Below, in pieces: positions 51,494 to 63,579 of a stretch of 64,000 nucleotides of DNA. How positions within the stretch are numbered: the stretch's first letter is position 1; each line of letters starts with the position of its first letter. The stretch comes from Octopus sinensis (lineage: Eukaryota), in contig NC_042997.1 in the NCBI RefSeq assembly GCF_006345805.1, forward strand, positions 14,570,001 to 14,634,000, in the 5' to 3' direction. Both the position numbers and the translations under genes were made by a program. Under the pieces are notes generated by a model, which was given only the letters and a program-made list of their open reading frames with translations, ran no database searches and had not been told where the DNA came from.

Positions 51494-52893
51494 TATGACA
51501 GGCTTCTTTCAGTTTCCGTCTACCAAATCCACTCACAAGGCATTGGTCGGCCCGGGGCTATAGCAGAAGATACTTGCCCAAGATGCCACGCAGTGGGACT
51601 GAACCCGGAACCATGTGGTTGTTTAGCAAGCTACTTACCACACAGCCACTCCTGCACTGTACATTTCTAAATGTACATACAAAATCAAAGCTCAGTTATT
51701 TCGAACACATTTACTAAATTTTCTTGTTTATGCCAGCTTGACAAATGGCAAAATAAATTAATATTTCAACCAGGAAACCCAGGCTAGCTGTATTTCTAAA
51801 GGCTTTTTAGCAGTATTATTTTATTAATATCCTTACTATCTTAAATGATCAAGTGTTATTTGTTGAACTTCATACTACACACACACACACATACACATCT
51901 GAAAACACTGCGAAGTTTTAAATTGATAATGAAGAAGAGGAGGAGAAAGATAGGTAGAAAGATAATGAAAATGAAACGTGATGATAAGGATTACTCTCGG
52001 GTGCTAACGAACCAAAAACCAACAGACCAAAAGGCCAATTCAACCAAATTAGTTTATTCATGTGATCTAATTTAATTTACAAATTAAAAAACAACACACA
52101 CACACATATACATGTGTATGTGCATGTAAGTGTGCATGTGTGTGTGTGTCAGTATGCGTGTGTGTGTCAGTGTGTGTATGTGTGTGAGTGTATGTGTATC
52201 ATCGTAATTTTAACGTCTACTTTCCCATGTTTACGTGAACCAGACAGAATATGTTGAGATAGATTTTTCTACAGGTAGATGTCCTTCCTGCATCAAACCC
52301 TTGCGTGTTCTCATGTAAGGTAATATGTGACTCAAAACTGAAAGTAGAATCAGATTTTATAATAAAATTCATGTTGACTGGACTTAAATGTTTCACATAA
52401 TGACTTATTCAACCAACCTTTGGTTGAATAAGCTGTTAGGTGAACGCTTATGTCCAACCAATATGAAATTCATAATATATATACACATATAGGCGTAGGA
52501 GTGGCTGTGTGGTAAGTAGCCTGCTTACCAACCACATGGTTCCGGGTTCAGTCCCACTGCATGGCACCTTGGGCAAGTATCTTCTACTATAGCCTCGGCC
52601 AACCAAAGTGGATTTGGTTGACAGAGACTGAAAGAAACTGAAAGGCAGCGAGCTGGCAGAAACGTTAGCACGCCGGGTGAAATGCTTAGCGGTATTTCGT
52701 TTGCCATTACGTTCTGAGTTCAAATACCACCGAGGTCGACTTTACCTTTCATCCTTTCGGGGTCGATTAAATAAGTACCATTTATGCACTGGGGTCGATA
52801 TAATCAACTTAATCCATTTGTCTGTCCTTGTTTGTCCCCTCTGTGTGTAGCCCCTTGTAGGCAGTAAAGAAATAAGAAACTGAAAGAAGCCCA
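48221..52893. repeat. 4,673 bp fold-back inverted duplication (arms 48221-50700 and 50734-52893, 33 bp spacer)
   Basis: Unique (non-repeat) sequence is mirrored, e.g. ORF pairs 48391-48666(+)/52448-52723(-) and 49413-49637(-)/51845-52075(+); scattered substitutions and microsatellite length differences. Confidence 0.95.
48760..49143 (-). mobile_element. Non-autonomous Helitron, 384 bp, present in the left arm only
   Basis: Minus strand A|TCTCTCTCTATATAAACGGCAG...CCTGAGCAACGCTAGGCGATACTGCTAG|T; empty site gaatcaga|ttttataat near 52354; no TSD. Confidence 0.92.
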
Positions 52894-54022
52894 GCGTATA
52901 TATATATATATATATATATCATCATCATCATCATCGATTAACGTCCGTTCTCCATGCTAGCATGGGTTGGACGGTTCGACCGGGGATCTGGGAAGCCAGA
53001 TGGCTGCACCAGGCTCCAGTCTTATCTGGCAATGTTTCTACAGCTGGATGCCCTTCCTAATGCCAACCACTCCGTGAGTGTAGTGGGTGCTTTTTACGTG
53101 CCACCCGCACAGGTGCCAGGCGAGGCTGGCAACGGCCACGGTCGGATTGGTGCATTTTATGTGCCACCGGAACGGAAGCCAGTCGAGGCGGCGCTGGCAT
53201 ATATATATATATATATATGGATGGATGGATGAAAGAAAGACTGTGAAAATACAGAGCTTGTATCTCCCAACAATGGGGAGAGGATAAGAGTTGAACAGAC
53301 TCAAAAAATACAAGCTATTTGGTGAAGGAAGATGTAACACGTTATTAAGATGACCTACAATGAACCACAGACCAGATATGTAGTTGTTGCAAGGTTCCAA
53401 CAAATGGAAAGTGACTTAATGATTCAATAATTTAGTAAATAAAGCAATAGAAGCTAAAAAGCTGACTTGGATGTGATAAGTGAAAAACAAAACTGAAAAT
53501 AACAGGAAAAAAGCAGATGCAAAAGACTATATCATCATCATCATCGTTTAACGTCTGCTTTCCATGGGTTGGACGGTTCAACTGGAGTCTGGGAAGCCCG
53601 AAGGCTGCACCAGGCCAGTCAGATCTGGCAGTGTTTCTCCAGCTGGATGCCCTTCCTAACGCCAACCACTCCGTGAGTGTAGTGGGTGCTTTTTATGTGC
53701 CACCGACACAGGTGCCAATGAGGCTGGCGAACAGCCACGCTCAGATGGTGTTTTTTTTTTTGTGCCAACGGCCACGCTCGGATGGTGTTTTTTACGTGCC
53801 ACCGGCACGGAGGCCAGTGAGGCTGGCACGGCCACGATCGGATGGTGTTTGTAACGTGCCCACAGCACGGAGGCCAGTCGATGCGGTACTGGCTATGGCC
53901 ACGTTTGGATGGTTTTCTTATGTGCCACCGGCACTGGTACCACAAAAATACAAATTCCATTGATGTTCATCGATTTTGATACTCGAAGTATACTATATTT
54001 TTCTTACTTCTAGGTTCCTTAA

Positions 54023-54233
54023 CCCATTAAAAGCTATAGTTCAGTTATGAATATTTATAAGTTTTTCATATTTTGATAATATTTCTTCTGTTATATTGCA
54101 TATTTTAGTTGTATACTTGAAGAATACGGTAAATATGAAGTTTATAACAAAAGAGACATAAGAGACTATAAAGTCTTATTTATATTAGTTTTAAAATCTT
54201 TATCCCCCAAATGGGACATTGGCCATTAATGGG
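54023..54233. mobile_element. piggyBac-type MITE, 211 bp
   Basis: TTAA-CCCATTAA...TTAATGGG-TTAA. Confidence 0.7.
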
Positions 54234-54520
54234 TTAACTTATCACCTGTCATCATATTATATAACTTTCTAATAATGTGTGTGTGTTCATATGTAAACTA
54301 AACAGCCTTACATATTTTTTTTTAGTTTGTTTTCTTTTGTTTGTGGGTCATATATATATGACTAAATATATATATATATCAGATGCTACATCTTCTAAGA
54401 CACGAGTGTATTGTACATTTGTTTGGTTTGTACCACAAGAAAAACAAGTCATTCACACTTCTTAGATAAGAGTGTATTGCACATTTATGAGTTTTGTACC
54501 CCAAAATAAATAAAATTAGC

Positions 54521-54561
<41 letters not shown>

Positions 54562-56754
54562 AATGTGTGTGTATATATATATATATATGAGAGAGCAAGA
54601 AATGGTACGTGATGATAAGTACTATACTTAAGTAATCAGCCAAAAGGCCAGTTCATAAGTTCACTTATGTAATCTTGTGTAATTCGTGTGTTATAAGTTT
54701 ATCTGCATGTGTGCATGCATGTATGTGCATGTGCATCTATGCATATCAGGTTATTCACATGCATGCATTACAGCTGATATGCAGTTTGGTACAACCTGCT
54801 GCATGTTCAGGTTGTTTGTCAACTAAACTGAGTCTTATCTAGGCTTATCTGGGGAGGAAGGGTTGCTAGAAACGCAGTAAATCAAAAGATAATATTTGTC
54901 AAAAGAATGTATGAACTCAACATCAGATCTATGATTATAAAAAAATTGTGTGGGCACATAGAAATACTCTTGCTGGTGAATGAGTCCACTACAGGACCAC
55001 TCAAATATGTAGAACCAGCTTCTTATTCAGCTTCTTATTGTCCAAGTCAATGCTGAACCCCAGCATGGCTGCGAGCTGGCAGAATCGTTAGCACGCTGGA
55101 CGAAAATGCTTAGCTGTATTTCATCTGCTGTTACGTTCTGAGTTTAAATTCTGCCGAGGTCGACTTTGCCTTTCATCCGTTCGGGGTCGATTAAATAAGT
55201 ACCAGTTACGCACTGGGGTCGATGTAATCGACTTAAACCCCTTGTTTGTCCTCTCTATCTTTAGCCCCCTGTGGGCAATAAAGAAATAAATGCTGAACCC
55301 CCAGAAAGAAAGAGGCTCTGTCTAAAATGTGAGTGGTGTTCTGTCAATGGTTTACTTACTGTAATGAATTTCACACCTAGGAATTCCTTAGGAAACAACT
55401 CTAGAAAAAAACAAAATCTTGCAGCAACAGGGATAGTGGAACATAGAGGTTTACCTTGCTGGAAATATATGATGACAAACTTACACATGTGGAGATGCAA
55501 TGGCCCAGTGGTTAGAGCAGAGGACTCGCAGTCAGAAGATCGTGGTTTTGATTCCCAGACTGGGCGTTGTGTGTATTTATTGCGCAAAAACACCTAAAGC
55601 TCCATGATGCTCCGGCAGGGGGTGGTAGTGACCCCTGTTGTACTCTTTCGCCCCAACTTTCTCTCACTCTCTCTTCCTGTTCTTTGAGTAACACTGTGAT
55701 GGACCGGCGTCCCGTCCAGCTGGGGGAAAAACATACACCACAGAAACCGGGAAACTGGGCTCATGACCCTGGCTAGGCTTGAAAAAGGTGTGTAAATAAA
55801 TAAAAAAAACTTACACATGGGTGGCTTGGAATATGGATCGCTTCTTTCCCAAATTACAATGATGGAATTGGTTCAGCAGCATCTCAGGTAACTGAGTAAT
55901 TGTTTGCAGGGACAGCACTGCTCACCTGCAAGGATATAGAACAGGTAATCATAACAAAATTTGCTTAATTCTGGAACTGGCCAGCAATTCCACAGCTGGT
56001 AGTTGTCCTCTCTTTGTGTGTTTCCACAATAATATCATTCTGTATTCAACTGGTACTTATTTTATTGACTTCGAAAGGATGAAGGGCAAAGTTGACCCTG
56101 GAGGAATTTCAACTCAGAATGTAAAGTAAAAAAAAAAAAAATGTTGCTAAGCAATTTTCTTAACACAGTAAAAATTCTGCCAGTTTGCCGCCTTGGTTAC
56201 CATATTTATGTGGAGGTGCAATGGCCCAGTGGTTAGGGCAGCGGACTCGCGGTCGTAGGATCGCGGTTTCAATTCCCAGACCGGGTGTTGTGAGTGTTTA
56301 TTGAGCGAAAACACCTAAAAGCTCCACGAGGCTCCGGCAGGGGATGGTGGTGATCCCTGCTGTACTCTTTCACCACAACTTTCTCTCACTCTTACTTCCT
56401 GTTTCTGTTGTACCTGTATTTCAAAGGGCCGGCCTTGTCACTCTCTGTGCCATGCTGAATATCCCCGAGAATTACATTAAGGGTACACGTGTCCGTGGAG
56501 AGCTCAGCCACTTACAAGTTAAATTCACTAGCAGGCTGTTCCGTTGATCGGATCAACCGGAATCGTCGTCGTCGTAACCAACAGAGTGCTTCCATCCATC
56601 CACCATATTTATATTAATCACATTTATACCACATTGTTATTTCTTTCATGGTTATGCAACAACTCAGTGACTGGAACCAATAAGAGAGTAAAAGACAAGA
56701 GATATGTCTTTGCTAATTCTATTTTTCTTTTTCTTTTTTTTTTTGAATTTTCAG

Positions 56755-56845
56755 TTGGTTGGTGGATCAATAGGTGGTCTCCATATGGGTGCATGCTTTC
56801 CAGACAGTTGTCAGGCAAAAGACATTCAAAATCTTATTCAATATG
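56755..56845 (+). CDS. nrf-6-like: Gene B exon 3 (end of NRF domain)
   Basis: Long T tract then tttcag; LVGGSIGGLHMGACFPDSCQAKDIQNLIQY-G|gtaagt (G.C.P.SC...D motif); phase 0 in matches exon 2. No further exon recognised in the window. Confidence 0.9.
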
Positions 56846-58545
56846 GTAAGTCTGTTCTTTTATTGCTTCTCTTTTATTTGTTTCAAAGAACTGAGGCCAT
56901 GCTGGGGCACCAACTTGAAGGGTTTGGTCAAACAAATTGACCTGCTGGTCTCTTTTGCTAAACTGCTAAGTTATAGGGATGTAAACAAACCAATACTAGT
57001 TGTCAAGTAGGAGGGGAAGGTTAACACACACACATGTATAAAATTAACAACCACATAGTTTCATTCTTCCAAATCCACTCACAAGGCATTGGTTGACCAA
57101 GAGCTACAGTGGAAGACACTTGTCCAATGTGCCATGCAGTGGGACTGGACTCAAAACGTGTGCAAAGCATGTTTGCATCTATTAAGTAAATAAATGTCAT
57201 TTGTTCTTGTGTATGTCACCAATAATTGTCAATTATAATGTTTTAAGATAATTTTTAATTATTGTATTTTTAAATTAATATAAACATTCAAGCGAGGTCA
57301 TTACCAGTGCTGCTGGACTGGCTCCTGTGCAGGTGGCACATAAAAAACACCATTTGAGCATGGCCATTGCCAGTACCGCCTGACTGGCCCCTGTGCCAAT
57401 GGCACATAAAAGCACCCACTACACTCTCGGAGTAGTTGGCGTTAGGAATGGCATCCAGCTGTAGAAACTCTCCCAGATCAGATTGGAGCCTGGTGCAGCC
57501 ATCTGGTTCGCCAGTCCTCAGTCAAATCGTTCAACACATGGTAGCCTGGAAAGCAGATGTTAAATGATGATGATGAAATTAATAAAATAATTCAACTGTT
57601 TGAAACTCGCCCCTACATGTAGATAAGCTTGCACAATTTTTGACAATAGGCCCAAGCATGATTGTGTGGTTAAGAAGCCTGCTTCCCACCCATGTGGACT
57701 AGGGTTCTGGTTCAGTCCCACTGTGCAGCACCTTGGGCTGAGGGTAGAAGCTGAAGGAATGTACGGGAGAATGAGAGCTGGTTAGGGATGGAGAATGCAT
57801 GAGGGATGAATATAATGTAGTAAAGGTGTTGAGGGTAATAAGTAAGGGAGGTAGGGAAGAGTAGGTGACAGCCATGGAAACTGGGTAAATCATCATCATC
57901 ATCATTTAGCATCCGCTTTCCATGCTAGCATGGGTTGGATGGTTCAACTGGGGTCTGTGAAGCCAGAAGGCTGCATCAGGCCCAGTCTGATCTGGCAGTG
58001 TTTCTACGGCTGGATGCCCTTCCTAACGCCAACCACTCCGTGAGTGTAGTGGGTGCTTTTTACGTGCCACCCGCACAGGTGCCAGACGGAGCTGGCAAAC
58101 GGCCACGAACGGATGGTGCTTTTACGTGCCACCGCCACGATAATTGTAATAACAACACAAACAAGCAATCAGGGAGTGCAAACCTTTGCCAAGGCAACAT
58201 CAACCTCCTCTCAACGATTAACTGGAGATGATTTTTAAAACGAGAATAACTGAAATAAAATCGACTACCCTCACAAACGAGAATATTAAAAATGAACCTG
58301 ATTGCTCTCAAACAGAAAAATAATCCGTATACCTTGTCCAGTACCTGATCAATCCCAATGGAAGTCATGGAATGTGCAAGTGGGTGTGCAGGCCATGTTT
58401 GTAATGCTGTGTGTGTGTTGTCTGGGTAAGGAAAATATTTGCATGACTTGAGTGCTCATATGTCAATAAGTCTTTGGGAGTCACTATGTAAAAGTTTTGG
58501 AAACACTGGTTGAAATGCAACAGGAACTTTGGTAGAGAAACGTAA

Positions 58546-58941
58546 TCTTTATATATAAAAGTCAAGTTGTGTGTCTGTCTCCTACGATTTAGATTCCTAA
58601 CTACTCCCACATTTTGCGGTGCAGTTTAACCAAAACCGGGTATCTTATAGTCGTGATTCATATCGAGCCCTTCTGGGTATTAGCGCGCGTCTACGATGAG
58701 TCTACAATTTAAAAAAAAAATTACCATCATTTTTTCCATTTTAATGCATTTTTTCGCTATTATATAAGGGAAGTAACTCTCTAAAAATGTCTACGATGAG
58801 TCAACGATTTAAAAAAAAAATTACCATCATTTTTTTTCCATTTTTATGCATTTTTTTGCTATCTTTTGGCTATAACTCTCTAAAAATGCTTATATAGTTA
58901 TTTCCCTTACAAACCCGAGCAACGCCGGGCGATACTGCTAG
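58546..58941 (+). mobile_element. Non-autonomous Helitron, 396 bp, with internal ~100 bp tandem duplication
   Basis: A|TCTTTATATATAAAAG...CCCGAGCAACGCCGGGCGATACTGCTAG|T. Confidence 0.88.
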
Positions 58942-59119
58942 TTGAACATAAAAATTGTAATTGTAATGAAACGTATACTGTATCATGGTCTTAAATTCCA
59001 GTCTTCCTTTAGTAACCCTGTTGTTTTAGATCGATGTATAGAATTATGTATTTATGTAAATATACTGTAGTTTTAAAGTGTATGTATAATCTCTTAATAT
59101 AATGAGCAGTGTCTTTTAT

Positions 59120-59630
59120 ATATTTGTATATATATATATATATATGTTTATAGATATATATATATATATGTATGTATATATATTTATAGATATATATGTA
59201 TATATATTTATAGATATATATGTATATATATTTGTAGATATATATATATGTATATATTTGTAGATATATATATATATATATATGTGTGTGTATATTTGTA
59301 GATATATATATATGTATATTTGTAGATATATATATATGTATATTTGTATATATATATATTATATTATATTTGTATATATATATATATTTATATTTGTATA
59401 TATATATATATATTTATATTTGTATATATATATATATATTTATATTTGTATATATATATATATTATATTTGTATATATATATATAATATATATATATTTG
59501 TATATATATATATATATGTATATTTGTATATATATATATATATGTATATTTGTATATATATATATATATATGTATATATTTGTATATATATATATATATA
59601 TGTATATTTGTATATATATATATATATATA
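59120..59630. repeat. (TA)n-TTTG satellite-like array
   Basis: Units tatttgtatatatata of variable length. Confidence 0.95.
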
Positions 59631-59931
59631 TCATCATCATCATCGTTTAATGTCTGCTTTCCATGCTAGCATGGGTTGGACAGTTCAACTGGGGTCTGGG
59701 AAGCCCGAAGGCTGCACCAGGCCAGTCAGATCTGGCAGTGTTTCTACAGCTGGATGCCCTTCCTAACGCCAACCACTCCGTGAGTGTAGTGGGTGCTTTT
59801 TATGTGCCACCGACACAGGTGCCAGACGAGGCTGGCAAACGGCCACGCTCGGATGGTGTTTTTTATGTGCCACCGACACAGGTGACAGACGAGGCTGGTG
59901 AATGGCCACGCTCGGATGGTGCTTTTTTTTG

Positions 59932-59972
<41 letters not shown>

Positions 59973-60989
59973 ATGTGTATGTGTGTATGTATGTATGCAT
60001 AAAATAGAGCCAGAGTGAGAAGTGAAGGTGGAGAAGATAAATGGCACAGCGAGCATTGTATGAATGAGAAAGGAAGGGGTGATAGATGAATAATGAAGGA
60101 AAGAGTGAAAAAGCCAATGAACGGCATTTGAAGTGTGAGTAGATTTGTTTGTAAAAGCAAGCTATGTTTGCGTGCATGTGTGTGTGTACAATGGAAATGG
60201 GATGATAATGTTCAACGCTGAAAATGTGTGTGTGTATGTGTGTGCATGTACAAGAGAACTAAGTGAAACTTTACCCACACATGTAAAAGTAAAGAAACAG
60301 GAAAAAATGATCCAGAATCTTTGTCCAGTATCTAATCAATCCCAAAATCTAATCAGTTTGTGCCAGTCGTGAGGCCGAACATCCCTGAAAGTTTTATCCG
60401 AATCCATCGAGCAGTTCTTGAGATATCTTGTCCACAGAAAAACAAACAAACAAACAAAGACAACTGAAAACAATACCTCCACCTGAAGGCAGAGGTAATA
60501 ACAGTGAGAATAAAAATAGGAATAGAATAACTAACATGGAAAATAATGTGTAAAATAGTTGTAGTACTGACTATAATTTTTGAAACAATGGTAAAAAACA
60601 ATAACAACAAGATGATGATAATAATAATAATAATAATCCTTTCTACTAATGGTACAAGGCCTGAAATTTGTGGGGAAGGGACTAGTCAATTATATCAACC
60701 TTAGTGTTTCACTAGTACTTAATTTATCAACCCCATAACAATGAAAAGCAAAATTGACCCCGGTGGCATTTGAACTCAGAACATAAAGATGGAAGAAATA
60801 CTGTTAAGCAGTTTTTCTAGAGCAGTAATGGTTCTGCCTCCTCGCTGCCTTTTTCTGGAGGTTATGAGGAAACAAAGTCCGGGGGTGGGGGTGCACACTT
60901 TTGTAGGTATGACCCAAAAATATGTACTGGAGTCAATTTGATCAACAAAACCTTTCAAAGAGGTGCCCAAGCGTGTTTCCAGTCCAATT

Positions 60990-61513
60990 GCCCTGATGCA
61001 GTACCAGGCAGTAGTTCTCATGGCTTCTGATCTTAACTGACTGGAAGTGTTATCATGTACATTGTTTTGTCTTTATATAAAAGATGGGCTACAGCAAATA
61101 TTCTGCTCAATACCACAGATTTGCTTGTCAGTTGTTTGATCATAACCAGTTGAGTACGTCCCTTAGTGGCTGACAATATGTGCATCTCTAATCACGAGCA
61201 GAAGTAGTGGGGGAGTATCATAGCCATGTGTTGAGAGGGATTCTTTGGGGTTTGGATAATTCACCTCAGGAAACATCCTTAAACAACTTTTATTCAGGGA
61301 CCTTTTGAGCAGGATGGGCTACTCAACCTGAAGAAAACTCTAACTGGGCCCCACCTGCTAGGTCATGTACTATTTATCTTGATATGAGATCGCCATGTCG
61401 CACACATATGGTTGTGATGCATATGCCTGGTGTACCCTTATCAGATGGGTATACTGGGCTTTGTATATTTTACCCTGGTGTCACTTTGATGGCATGCACC
61501 ACTCTCTCACTCA
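60990..61513 (+). mobile_element. ~550 bp (AAT)n-tailed element, copy 3
   Basis: Reverse complement of 2281-2835 with small internal deletions; followed by aataataataat. Confidence 0.7.
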
Positions 61514-63443
61514 ATAATAATAATGATGATGAGCAAATCGAAATCAAATTTGATGACTGGCATCCGTGCTAGCAGGGCGCAAAGAGCACCATACAAGCAT
61601 GATCATTGACAGAGCAGCTAACTGGCTTCTGTGCTAGTGGCACATAAAAGGCACCATTTGAGTGTGATCGTTACCAGCATCACCTTACTGGCACTTGTGC
61701 CCCGTGCTAGTGGGGTGCTAAGAGTACCATCCAAGCATGATTATTGCCAGAGCAGCTAACTGGCTTCCATACCAGTGGCACTTAAAGGCACCATTCGAGC
61801 GTGATCGTTACCAGCATCGCCTCACTGGCACATGAAAAAATATTTGAGCGAGATCATTGCCAGTACCACCTGACTGGCCCCCATGCTGGTGGCACGTAAA
61901 AGCACCCACTACACTCTCAGAATGGTTGACGTTAGGAAGGGCATCAAGCTGTAGAAACTCAGCTAGATCAAGATTGGAGCCTGGTGCAGCTATCTGGTTC
62001 ACCAATCCTCAGTCAAATCGTCCAACCCATGCCAGCATGGAAAGCGGACGTTAAACAATGATGATGATGATGATGATGATGATGGACTTTCTGAAGATGA
62101 CATATGAGAGTTCAGATTTTGCTAATTGACCTGCACAAATGAATTGTTGATAGTGATCAAATGTTTGTATTGTACATTAGCTCACTCTCTCAATCAAATC
62201 AAGTTATTCAATTACATTGATCAAACATACTCAACTAGCTACTTTATTTCACTGACCCGGAAAGGATGAATGGCAAAGATGACCTCGGTGGAATTTGAAC
62301 TCAGAACATTATGGACTGAAAGAAATACTTTAGAAGCATTTTATTCAACACTCTATCAATTCTGCTAAGTAAAATGGAGAAATAATGAATGATAATAGGC
62401 ATAGGAGTGGCTGTGTGGTAAGTAGCTTGCTTACGAACGACATGGTTCTGGGTTCAGTCACTCTGCATAGCACCTTGGGCAAGTGTCTTCTACTATAGCC
62501 TTGGGCTGACCAAAGCCTTGTGAGTGGATTTGGTAGACAGAAACTGAAAGAAGCCTGTTGTGTGTGTGTGTGTCTGTGTTTGTCCCCACCAACATCGCTT
62601 GACAACCAATGCTGGTGTGTTTACGTCCCCGTAACTTAGCGGTTTGGCAAAAGAGACCGATGGAATAAGTACTATGCTTACAAAGAATAAGTCCTGGGGC
62701 CGATTTGCTTGACTAAAAGGCAGTGCTCCAGCATGGCCACAGTCAAATGACTGAAACAAGTAAAAGAGCAGAAGATAGGGTTAACAAAAAAAAAAAAAAA
62801 CGATGACAATTAAAGGATATGAAATTTGGAGAGAGTTTAGAAAAGTACGTGACTAGGTCAGCTATTGACTATGGTCTGCGGGATGAGCAAGAATAGAAGA
62901 GAGATGAGGAAGGATTTTCAAATAAGATATATGAAACTGAATATAAATTAAGAATGGGGTACAAAAAAATTTGGGGAAGGCAGAGTATTAGTTAAGGATA
63001 GGCATTTCATTAAAAGTTAGCCAATTGATTACTTATAATGATAATGATGATAGAAATATATACATCGTGGTATTGATAACAAAGTACCACCATTGCACTT
63101 TACCTTCGCCACTGCAGTCAGACAACAATGGGGATACAAATAAAGATACCGATCAAATTGATAACGGTGTTTACATTACAGAAGTACAAGGTCAAAGCAA
63201 ATGGTAGCATCAACTGCAATATTTGACTTCGAATAGTACTAATGGAAATAATGGTAATCATAAAAGTAACAATAAAACTGATAATAGTAAAGATATAAGT
63301 ATTAGTTTAAAAGTATTAATTTAGAAGTATTAATTTAGGATATGATAATAATAATAATAATGATAATGAGTTTATTGAATACAATATCACGATGCACTAC
63401 AACTTGTTGGAAAGAAAGGTAAAAAGCAGTAATTAAGTGAAGT

Positions 63444-63548
63444 GTTTGTTTGTTTGTTTGTTTGTTTGTATGTATGTATGTATGTATGTATGTATGTATG
63501 TATGTATGTATGTATGTATGTATGTATGTATGTATGTATGTATGTATG

Positions 63549-63579
<31 letters not shown>

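Noticed and set aside
48221-52893. Palindrome as a pure sequencing fold-back artefact
   Set aside because: Considered unlikely because the arms differ by many substitutions and a clean one-sided Helitron insertion; inverted haplotype mis-joining cannot be excluded without reads.
61000-61030. U1 snRNA-derived 5' end for the 550 bp element (taccaggcagtgg resembles U1 tacctggcagggg)
   Set aside because: The match is too short and does not extend; not supportable by eye.
63025-63207. Possible exon 4 of gene B
   Set aside because: No NRF-6-like motif; the best acceptor (ctgcag at ~63117) gives a stop in the required phase.
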